The position numbers and the translations under genes are program-made. The notes under the pieces were generated by a model, which made no database searches, was not told the origin of the DNA, and saw nothing but the letters and a program-made list of their open reading frames with translations. From NCBI GenBank assembly GCA_028686345.1, contig JAQUCE010000012.1, positions 886 to 64,885 of the forward strand: 64,000 nucleotides of DNA, written 5' to 3'. The DNA comes from Kiritimatiellia bacterium (GTDB taxonomy: Bacteria > Verrucomicrobiota > Kiritimatiellia > RFP12 > UBA1067). Positions 16,601 through 23,542 of this stretch are shown here, piece after piece; the stretch's first letter is position 1; every line of letters begins with the position of its first letter.

Positions 16601-18752
16601 TGAGCTGATGGCTGACCCCAGCGCAGCCAGCACCACCGTACACCCGGTCACAGGCAGCGCCCTGGACTGGTTTGAGTTGCTGAATGAAGGCTCAACCACG
16701 GTTGATTTAAGCGGCTGGTGGCTGGTTGATGACAATCCGGCAAATATTTGCCGGATCCCGCCTGGGTTCGCGCTCGCCCCCGGGGAGATTGCGTTGGTCT
16801 GGGCTGCGAGCACACTGCCGCCGGGGCTGAACCCTGACGGCTCGCTCAATGTCACCTTTGCCCTGGGGCGCAAAGGCGACACCATCACGCTGCTAATGCC
16901 TGACCAGCAAACCGTCATGGACAGCGTAACCTTTGGCCAACAGAGCACGGATATCAGCACAGCAAGATGGCCCAACGGCGGGGCGGGTCTCTGGGGCCCC
17001 GCCCCGCTGCCAACCCCCGCCCTGCCGAACTGCAACCCGCTGCTGCACAGCGGCGCTCTGCCGCTCTACCCTGTTCAGAATATCCTGCCAGAGCAACCCT
17101 TCAGCATTTCACTGCAAGCCCAGCAAAGCGTCTCCAACCCGGCATACTCAGTGGCGGCAGGTGAGAGTGGCGCGACAATCGATGCCAACGGCATCTTCCA
17201 GTGGACACCGCCTGCGTCACTGCCATCCGGGCTCTACCCCTTTCGCGTTCTTTTAATGGGCATGATCGATGACGTGGCCATCACCGATGAAACCACACTG
17301 CTGCTCTATCTTTACAACAGCTCGCTCTTTCAGATTGATCTCAACGCCTCCCCGGCCATAGGCGGCGCAGTGTTTGGGGCAGGGGTTTATCAACAGAATG
17401 AAACTGTCAACCTCGCAGCTCAAGCCGCCCCGCTGTGGCGTTTTGTCAAGTGGAGTGACGGGCAAAGCTCCGCCACCCGTCAGATTACAGCAATGCGGGA
17501 TGTGACCTACACCGCCTTCTTTGCCTACGGGCTGGAGATACCCAGCGGCATTGGCGCCACCTTTATCAATGGCAGGCCTCTGATTTACTGGAGTGCTCAG
17601 AGAGGCGCGCAATCCTACACAATCAGTCGCGCCACCTCCCCTGCCGGCCCCTTCACAACCGTTGGAACAACCGTTGATTCGTTCTTAATCGACCAAAACG
17701 CGCCTGCTGGCACATCCTCCTATTACACTGTAAGCGCTACGGCCTTTGACACAAGCACTCAGGCAAGCCAACCCCTGCAGCCCTTTGCAAGCGGAGTGTT
17801 ACGTGAGCTCACAGGCACTGTGATCGGAACACTGGGCTCATATGAAAGCATTCCCGACCGTACTCGGGAGCAGGTCTTTGACAAAAACCTGGAAACCTTC
17901 TATGATGCCGCCGCTGACGGCGGGTGGCCAGGACTGGATCTCGGCAGCCGACACTACCGCTACCTGCAGAAAATCCGCTATTGCCCGCGGCGTCAACACG
18001 CAGACCGTATGATCAACGGCGAGTTCCAACTCGCGCTGGAGTCCGATACCTTTAATACCTTTGACAACCCAATCCTGCTGCATCGCATCGTCCAGCGTCC
18101 CCCTGTCAACACCTACACCACGGTGTTGATAGACAACAACTTTGAGTTTCGCTACTTCCGCTATCTGCCACCGCCTGGCGGATGGGGCAACATTGCCGAA
18201 GCTGAGTTGTACGGCTATGACGCGATTCCAGCTACTCCGCAGGGGCTCTCTCTGGCAACCGAAAGCGACAGCGTCACTCTGAGCTGGAATCCGGTACTCC
18301 ATGCCAACGGCTACCTGATCAGCCGAACAGATCCCTTGACCGCCCAGCGCACGCTGGTTGGATACAGCACTGAGAGCAGCTTCAGCGAGCGCGGGCTGCC
18401 GCCGGAGCAGGAGTTGACGTACTCCCTCGCGGCGGTCAACGGCAGCAGCTACAGCGCGCAGAGCACGCCTGCCTCCATTACAACCGACCCGATCAACGTG
18501 GCCGCCTTTGTGGTGTCTGCTCAGGGCAGCGGTGTTTTGCGTCAGAACGGAACACTCCGTCTGACGCTCTCGGGCGCGCTTGACCCGCGTTTGGTGCTGA
18601 TCTGCTCCACCACCCTCAGCACCCCGCTCGCAAACTGGGAGGCTGTCGCTGCACCCGCTTTCTCCGCGCCGGATCCCATCGACGGCAAGGTGACGATTCT
18701 CATCTCCACCAATGCCCCCACTCTCTTCTTCGCTGTGCGTCTGCGGGAGTGA
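13608..18752 (+). CDS. giant secreted CotH-family protein with lamin-tail (LTD), chitobiase-C-like, FN3 and F5/8 type C domains
   Basis: 1714 aa. LTD-like INEVVSADNKEFADEDGSFEDWVEIHNPSG, and a second LTD at INELMADP...DWFELLNEG. CotH core is LLRNSGNDWSSTGLRDMVMQ...YVNGEYWGIQNIREHY. A discoidin-like segment (FDKNLETFYDAAADGGWPGLDLG) is also present. TTG start, hydrophobic signal-like N-terminus. Confidence 0.85.
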   Translation: MVLRSTEQEALILHKQHIKYSLLLVLTAASLCFCNAQLPFINEVVSADNKEFADEDGSFEDWVEIHNPSGQPVSLLNWYLSDDPLLPEKWQFPAVTLSAGGHLLVWASGKERRPPASAPKEPMLLVADNALWRYRDTGQPAPADWTTSAFDDSAWPSGPGMLGYGCPSVATTLSYGGNYWNKHITSYLRHTFNLTLAAGEVKDTGTIKLWVDDGAVVYLNGIEILRVRMPAGAVNYQTPASTLVNSNGGWETFTVSLAALRQGPNLIAAEVHQFNQTSGDLCFWCEVQAMPSDLHTNFKISSGNEPVLLSNPAGELVDTAPAWGVPEGASIGRASDIRTNNWVIFPVPTPGTNNAAFGYIDILEAPQFSVAPGFYEAPISLALSHPQPGVEIYYTTDGSAPTNQVTASCRRYIEAITLTNRTPVANTIAMIRTNPPEMTSNTQYGWLEPAANLSKGNVIRAQAFKVGHYSPQAAAGSWFIGPEILQHSLPVISLISDNTNFFSDAVGLFVPGEIYNNLGWNGHAVGEPNANYFQRGDEWERAVVMQMFDQDRVPIFTQTLGIRNHGGWSRAAAQKTLRVYARSAYGKSALEAQLFPSQSDSRFKRFLLRNSGNDWSSTGLRDMVMQRIFREAARTDTQDGTPAVLYVNGEYWGIQNIREHYSQHYFERKYKVLPENLDFVKAIANSESVEVSSGDDLDYREVLNYIKTHNMADAEHYAWAESRMDLDNMIDHYACEIYCSNNDWPGNNLGLWRERTSFNPAAAPGRDGRWRWAMYDTDHGFGLNGTETTDMMWQARRSGRGLCQPQFDRLLANPDFKNRFVNRFADLINTAFLPARVNTIIDQAAAAVESEIPRHIERWRRMGSLANWRGNIARMKTFANNRPTPALNNIINEFSLQGISELTIDISNGVGVVTCNTITINQQTLGLSNPARPYPWSGRYFKTIPLMLTATADPGFFFSHWQTAHGELPDNPLILTPSNNTAVTAVFQAGVAPRVAINELMADPSAASTTVHPVTGSALDWFELLNEGSTTVDLSGWWLVDDNPANICRIPPGFALAPGEIALVWAASTLPPGLNPDGSLNVTFALGRKGDTITLLMPDQQTVMDSVTFGQQSTDISTARWPNGGAGLWGPAPLPTPALPNCNPLLHSGALPLYPVQNILPEQPFSISLQAQQSVSNPAYSVAAGESGATIDANGIFQWTPPASLPSGLYPFRVLLMGMIDDVAITDETTLLLYLYNSSLFQIDLNASPAIGGAVFGAGVYQQNETVNLAAQAAPLWRFVKWSDGQSSATRQITAMRDVTYTAFFAYGLEIPSGIGATFINGRPLIYWSAQRGAQSYTISRATSPAGPFTTVGTTVDSFLIDQNAPAGTSSYYTVSATAFDTSTQASQPLQPFASGVLRELTGTVIGTLGSYESIPDRTREQVFDKNLETFYDAAADGGWPGLDLGSRHYRYLQKIRYCPRRQHADRMINGEFQLALESDTFNTFDNPILLHRIVQRPPVNTYTTVLIDNNFEFRYFRYLPPPGGWGNIAEAELYGYDAIPATPQGLSLATESDSVTLSWNPVLHANGYLISRTDPLTAQRTLVGYSTESSFSERGLPPEQELTYSLAAVNGSSYSAQSTPASITTDPINVAAFVVSAQGSGVLRQNGTLRLTLSGALDPRLVLICSTTLSTPLANWEAVAAPAFSAPDPIDGKVTILISTNAPTLFFAVRLRE

Positions 18753-18768
18753 GCTGCTCGGTGTTTAG

Positions 18769-18862
18769 TGTAGTAGTCGCCCGCATAGCGGACGACTTCC
18801 TGCTGCGCGTCTTGTCAATCAGAGTAAGCGCGAAAGGAAGTCAGTCGCTATGCGGCTGACCA
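18769..18862. repeat. two CGCATAGCG-core hairpins, the first with a GTAGTAG head
   Basis: GTGTAGTAGTCGCCCGCATAGCGGACGACTTCC and GGAAGTCAGTCGCTATGCGGCTGACC lie directly downstream of the CotH gene stop. Confidence 0.8.
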
Positions 18863-18870
18863 GATCATTA

Positions 18871-18971
18871 AAAACATGTTGTCCGGGGCCAATCCTAATC
18901 CCAATCTTAATCTCAATCCTCGTCTCTTTCGGGCTGCCCTGATTACTGCGTCTTGATTAGGATTATGATTA
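18871..18971 (+). repeat. N module (AATCC/AATCT oligo-run with inverted GATTAGGATT partner)
   Basis: AAAACATGTTGTCCGGGGCCAATCCTAATCCCAATCTTAATCTCAATCCTCGTCTCTTTCGG...TTGATTAGGATTATGATTAG is co-linear with 50431-50530. A partial copy is at 8059-8090. Confidence 0.8.
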
Positions 18972-19096
18972 GTACCTCTTTTCTTAAATCCTATCATGTT
19001 TGCGAAAGAAAGAACTTCCATCTTTTCTATGCAACGCATAGCGTTGTTGACTAAACCAGCGGGGCATATCACACAATTGTTCAATGAGAGAGAAAT
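18971..19096 (+). repeat. P126 repeat (126 bp), uninterrupted copy
   Basis: AGTACCTCTTTTCTTAAATCCTATCATGTTTGCGAAAGAAAGAACTTCCATCTTTTCTATGCAACGCATAGCGTTGTTGACTAAACCAGCGGGGCATATCACACAATTGTTCAATGAGAGAGAAAT recurs at 48494-48710 with an 88-bp insertion. Confidence 0.9.
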
Positions 19097-19178
19097 AATT
19101 TCGCATATCACATAGGCTCAGTTTGGTTCCGGCTCCGCTGGTTTAGGATTTTCTAGGGACAGGCACTGATTTCTGCCA

Positions 19179-19450
19179 GGGCGCGCCTTTCACGAGCCTG
19201 GAGCAAAATACCGCTCGTAGAGCGGCTACTACACCCAACGACAACCCTTGCACTCCGCAGTGCAGCGCATGTGTAGTAGTCGCTCTACCAGCGACATCGG
19301 CCGACGATGTTGTGCGACGATGTTGACCGACGATTGGGATCATGCGGAAAATCGTCCACCAGCATCGCCGCCGCTATCGTCAACCGCAGGCGCGCTGACC
19401 TTAGTAGCTCCGGTTTCCAACCGGACAGTCCGATTGGAAATCGGACCTAC
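19179..19450 (-). repeat. Composite B (co-linear multi-hairpin element), copy B1
   Basis: Order of parts: GGCGCGCCTTTC; the hairpin CCGCTCGTAGAGCGG + CTACTAC; spacer; GTGTAGTAG + GTCGCTCTACCAGCGAC; the GACGATG/CATCGTC inverted-repeat block; then AGTAGCTCCGG...TCCGATTGGAAATCGGACCTAC. Same modules as 26331-26530, 38629-39070 and 51473-51807. Confidence 0.85.
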
Positions 19451-19520
19451 AATGAAGTACCTCAAGCTTCCAGCTTGAATGAAAATATTTTCTGCAAGCA
19501 AGATGCTTGCACTACTTCAT
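19444..19520 (+). repeat. H2 module (double hairpin TCAAGCT-TCC-AGCTTGA and GCAAGCA-AGA-TGCTTGC + CATTATCACTTT tail)
   Basis: GAAGTACCTCAAGCTTCCAGCTTGAATGAAAATATTTTCTGCAAGCAAGATGCTTGCACTACTTCATTATCACTTTC. This family has 7 or more copies in the window. Confidence 0.9.
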
Positions 19521-19623
19521 TATCACTTTCGCGATAGTTTATTTTTTGGTTCACCTTATAACTTCGAAATGATATAATTTTGCGTAATTATTTTTTTTGG
19601 TTTTATCACAGAAGAGGCTTACG

Positions 19624-20958
19624 ATGTTTTATCAAGACTGCGCCCATGACATTGACACGCCGGTGCATCCGGTCAGTGCTCCGGACTACATGCCGATCGG
19701 GCAGCTGCGTGCACTCCAGCTCCACCGTCTGCAAGGGGTGGTACGGCGTATCTATGACAATGTGCCACTGACGCGCAAACGCATGGACGAGCGCGGTGTC
19801 AAGCCCGAGCATATCCAAACCCTGGCGGATATCGCCCTGCTCCCTTTCTCCGTGAAGAGCGATCTGCGCGACGAATATCCCCACGGACTTTTTGCCAGTC
19901 CCATGAACGAGATTGTTCGTTTTCACTGTTCCAGCGGCACGACCGGCAAGCCGATCGTGATTGGCAACACGCGCAACGATATTATCCTCTGGCAGCAAAC
20001 CTGTATGCGGGCGCTGGCCATGTGCGGGGTGCGCAGCTCAGATGTGATGCAGGTCACCTATGGGTATGGCCTCTTTACCGGCGGTCTGGGATTGCACTAC
20101 GGCGGCGAAGGCATCGGCTGCGCGGTGCTGCCCATCTCAGGCGGTAACACCGAACGTCAACTGATGATGATGCGGGATATGGGTGTAACGGTGATCGCCT
20201 GTACTCCCAGTTACTTTCTGCACCTGGTTGATGAGGGCCACAAACGCGGCATCAATTTTCGCACTGACACAAAACTCAAACACGGCATCTTTGGCGCTGA
20301 GCCTTGGAGCGAAGAGATGCGCACCAAGATTCAGGATGCAACCGGTATCACTGCGCACGACATCTATGGACTGACCGAGATCTGCGGGCCAGGGGTGGCC
20401 AACGACTGCCAGTATCACAATGGTCTGCATATCTTCGAAGATCACTTCTACCCTGAAATCATTGACCCCGAGACACTCGAGCCGCAGCCGGACGGCATCG
20501 CGGGCGAGCTGGTCTTCACCACGCTGACCCGCACCGGAACCCCGATGCTGCGCTACCGCACCCGTGACATCTCCCGGCTCAACACCAAGGCGTGCGAATG
20601 CGGACGCACCATCCGCACCTTTGAGCGTGTCAGTGCCCGCAGTGATGACATGCTGATCATCCGCGGTGTCAATGTGTTTCCCTCGCAGATCGAGAGTGGC
20701 TTGCTGCAGGTTGACAAAGTGTTGCCACACTATATGATCAACATCACGCGCGAGGGCGACTTGGACAAACTTGAGATCCAGGTGGAGGTCACCCGCGAGA
20801 CATTCGGCGATGACATCCGATCGCTGGAGATCCTGCGCTCCGAGATTGCGCACTCAGTGCAGCGCATCATCAACATCTCAGCCAGCATTAGATTGGTGGA
20901 ACCCAACACCCTGCCGCGCAGTGAAGGGAAAATACAACGTGTGCGCGATATGCGCTGA
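19624..20958 (+). CDS. paaK: phenylacetate--CoA ligase family protein (copy 1)
   Basis: The ATG at 19624 gives MFYQDCAHDIDT. AMP-binding motif CSSGTTGKP, YGLTE, and the family-typical C-terminal GKIQRVRDMR. Confidence 0.9.
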   Translation: MFYQDCAHDIDTPVHPVSAPDYMPIGQLRALQLHRLQGVVRRIYDNVPLTRKRMDERGVKPEHIQTLADIALLPFSVKSDLRDEYPHGLFASPMNEIVRFHCSSGTTGKPIVIGNTRNDIILWQQTCMRALAMCGVRSSDVMQVTYGYGLFTGGLGLHYGGEGIGCAVLPISGGNTERQLMMMRDMGVTVIACTPSYFLHLVDEGHKRGINFRTDTKLKHGIFGAEPWSEEMRTKIQDATGITAHDIYGLTEICGPGVANDCQYHNGLHIFEDHFYPEIIDPETLEPQPDGIAGELVFTTLTRTGTPMLRYRTRDISRLNTKACECGRTIRTFERVSARSDDMLIIRGVNVFPSQIESGLLQVDKVLPHYMINITREGDLDKLEIQVEVTRETFGDDIRSLEILRSEIAHSVQRIINISASIRLVEPNTLPRSEGKIQRVRDMR

Positions 20959-21124
20959 GTGGTTCGTGATCCGGGATCGGAATCGCGCATTTTTCGATAT
21001 TGATTCCGACCGCGGCCCGACCCCGAGAAATAGAAAAACTTTGTCGCAGGCTTTGGCGCGAACTTTGTCGCAAACTTTGGCGGAGCGAGCATCTGTCATG
21101 ACCTCTTCCAGTATCAGGAACGTG

Positions 21125-21185
21125 CACTGCGAAATGCAAGGGTGGTCGTTCGGTGTAGTAGCCGCTCTATGAGCGGCATTGCATG
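21125..21185 (+). repeat. partial Composite B (spacer + GTAGTAG hairpin) inside the paaK-ACT spacer
   Basis: GCACTGCGAAATGCAAGGGTGGTCGTTCGGTGTAGTAGCCGCTCTATGAGCGGCATTGC. Confidence 0.8.
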
Positions 21186-21225
21186 TTTTTACGCTGGCAC
21201 GGGAGTGCCTCACAAGGAGAATAAA

Positions 21226-21657
21226 ATGAAAATTAATCAAATATCGCTGTTTCTGGAGAACAAGCCAGGGCATTTGAATGCCATCTGCCGCACACTGGCC
21301 AGCAACAACATCAACATTGTAACGCTCTCACTGGCCGACACGCAGCAGTTCGGCATTGTGAGGTTGATCGTAGAAGAGTGGAAAAGAGCGCAGGAGGTGC
21401 TTGAAAAGGCTGGCCATGTGGTCAATGTGCGCGAGGTCGTGGCTGCCACGGTGAGTGATAAACCTGGCGGCATGGCAGAGTTGCTGGACACCATCAGCAA
21501 GGCCGGGGTCAACATTGAGTATATGTACGCCTTTACCTTCCGGCATGGGGCTGAGGCAGTGCTGATCTTCCGTTTTGATGATCCTGACCGGGCAATCAAC
21601 GCGCTGCGGGCTGCTGGCCGCAATGTGCTCGATTTTATTACCCTTTTTTCCAACTGA
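21226..21657 (+). CDS. ACT domain-containing (amino-acid-binding) protein
   Basis: The ATG at 21226 is preceded by AAGGAGA. MKINQISLFLENKPGHL and a second ACT repeat (ATVSDKPGGMAELL) match the small tandem-ACT proteins that accompany paaK-like ligases. Confidence 0.85.
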   Translation: MKINQISLFLENKPGHLNAICRTLASNNINIVTLSLADTQQFGIVRLIVEEWKRAQEVLEKAGHVVNVREVVAATVSDKPGGMAELLDTISKAGVNIEYMYAFTFRHGAEAVLIFRFDDPDRAINALRAAGRNVLDFITLFSN

Positions 21658-21707
21658 GCCCCCAGCGCGCATGCTGCGCCGACAAGCTGAGCAACTGAAA
21701 TATACTG

Positions 21708-23039
21708 ATGAATACAATACCGATTATTGAAAACCGCATCTGGAACCCTGAGTGCGAGTGCATGGAGCGTCGTGAGCTGGAGGCCTTGCAGGCCAAACGG
21801 TTGCAAGAGGCGGTCGTGCGTGCATCCAGGAACCCTTTCTATCAGGAGGCCTTCGGTCGCCTTAAGATCACACCCGCACAAATACACAGACTGGAGGATC
21901 TGCAACGGTTGCCGCTGACAACCAAAGAAGATCTGCGTGACAGTTACCCGCTCGGATTCATGGGTGTGCCGCGCAATGAAATAGCCCGTTATCAGGGCAC
22001 CAGCGGCACCACAGGCAAGCCCACCTGGGTGGCCTACACTGAAAATGATGTTGAAAACTGGAGCAACCTCTGCGCCCGCTTTCTCGTCTCCGGCGGTCTG
22101 AAAAAAGAGCACACAGTGCAGCTCTCCTTTGGGTTTGGTCTCTTCACCGGCGGTTTCGGGCTACACTTCGGCATCCAGAAGGTTGGCGCCGCGATTATCC
22201 CGATCTCCAGCGGCAACTCAGAGCGGCAACTGACCTGCATGTTAGACCTGAGCCCCGAGATACTGATCTGCACCCCGTCATATGCGCTCAAACTGATGGA
22301 GACCATTCAGGCAGGCGATGTTGACCGCAGTCAACTCCGACTGGAGCACGCCTATTTTGGCGGCGAGCCGTGGACTGAGAGTATGCGGGCGCGAATTGAA
22401 GAGGGATTGCAGATCAAGTGCTGGAATAACTATGGGCTGGCCGAGGTGCAGGGGCCGGGTATCAGCGGCGAATGCGCCTATCGCAACGGCATGCACATCC
22501 AGGAGGATCACTTCATCTTTGAGGTCATTGACCCTGAAACCCTGGAACCGCTGCCAGATGGTGAGCGCGGCGAAATTGTGGTCACACCGCTCTGCCGCGA
22601 GGGCTTTCCTGTGATTCGCTACCGCACACGCGACATTGGGTATATCTTCAACGACGGAGCTTGCCCCTGCGGACGCACCACGCGCCGCATGAGCCGCATT
22701 CTCGGGCGTACCGACGACATGCTCATCATTCGCGGCGTAAATGTTTTCCCGTCGCAGATCGAGACCGCGCTGATGCGGATTGATGCTGTGGCGCCGCACT
22801 ACATGATTGAGGTCAGCCGACCTGAGGCGATGGACACAGTGACGGTACACATTGAGATTAAGCCCGAGCTGTTTTCTGACAGCATGAGAGAGATGCACGC
22901 CATCAAAAAAGAGATTGTAGCCACCATTATGCAGATCACCGGCCTGCGGATGGAGGTCAACCTTGTCTCCCCCAAAACGCTGGCTCGCTTTGAAGGCAAG
23001 GCTAAGCGTGTGATTGACCACCGCAACCTGGTTGATTGA
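21708..23039 (+). CDS. paaK: phenylacetate--CoA ligase family protein (copy 2)
   Basis: 443 aa, a paralogue of 19624-20958 (QGTSGTTGKP, YGLAE, GKAKRVIDHR). Confidence 0.9.
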   Translation: MNTIPIIENRIWNPECECMERRELEALQAKRLQEAVVRASRNPFYQEAFGRLKITPAQIHRLEDLQRLPLTTKEDLRDSYPLGFMGVPRNEIARYQGTSGTTGKPTWVAYTENDVENWSNLCARFLVSGGLKKEHTVQLSFGFGLFTGGFGLHFGIQKVGAAIIPISSGNSERQLTCMLDLSPEILICTPSYALKLMETIQAGDVDRSQLRLEHAYFGGEPWTESMRARIEEGLQIKCWNNYGLAEVQGPGISGECAYRNGMHIQEDHFIFEVIDPETLEPLPDGERGEIVVTPLCREGFPVIRYRTRDIGYIFNDGACPCGRTTRRMSRILGRTDDMLIIRGVNVFPSQIETALMRIDAVAPHYMIEVSRPEAMDTVTVHIEIKPELFSDSMREMHAIKKEIVATIMQITGLRMEVNLVSPKTLARFEGKAKRVIDHRNLVD

Positions 23040-23318
23040 TCAAGGTTTGTTGTGCAGGCCTTCAATGTCCGGCGTGCTGAAGCACAGGTGCCCAACAGCA
23101 ACAGGAGCATTAACCTCGACGGTACGCTGGGCTGTCAGAATATTTGTAAACACTACGGTGCTGCCAGCGCCGCCGGGTTGCGAGTTGCTGAGCCAGTTGG
23201 AGTCAACTGACCATAGACCATTGCTGTCAACATTCCAAGCGCCATCAACGGCCAACAGATGGGAACCGCACATCATAAGACATGTAACTGCCACACATAG
23301 TTTTTGTGTCATATTCAT
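23040..23318 (-). pseudogene. N-terminal stub of an autotransporter-associated beta-strand-repeat (PATR-like) surface protein
   Basis: 92 aa: a signal peptide (MNMTQKLCVAVTCLMMCGSHLLA), then GAWNVDSNGLWSVDSNWLSNSQPGGAGSTVVFTN. This is the typical first repeat of proteins that are normally hundreds of aa long. The ORF stops exactly where the convergent paaK copy 2 ends. Confidence 0.4.
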
Positions 23319-23542
23319 ACTCCTGTTATTTCTAAATACCCAACAACCTAAACTTCTGTATTCCAGCAGGGGTTATGCCAAAACCACACTTAGGATTGCT
23401 GCTGCGCGCCACAAAATGATGGCCAAGGTTTGCCGTATTTGGTATTGTGACTTGAAGTATAGCGGAGTCGAAGTTAGAGTCTATTTTAAGTGCTTTTCGA
23501 TGCCGATTCCGATAGCGAGTTATAAGCAAAGGATGCACCCGT

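Noticed and set aside
18848-19111. A shared peptide (ISLSLNNCVICPAGLVNNAMRCIEKMEVLSFA) encoded by both P126 repeat copies (also 48507-48713)
   Set aside because: The similarity is explained by DNA identity of the repeat. The ORFs diverge in length and end points, and the 88-bp insertion changes the downstream frame. There is no independent sign of coding selection.
19444-19520. A three-way-junction RNA model for the H2 module (outer stem ATGAAGTA/TACTTCAT enclosing both hairpins)
   Set aside because: The outer pairing is not maintained in other copies (TACTCCAT tails lack a compensating 5' change, and the 5' flank differs in the 56.5-kb and 62.5-kb copies). Only the two 7-bp hairpins are consistently supported.
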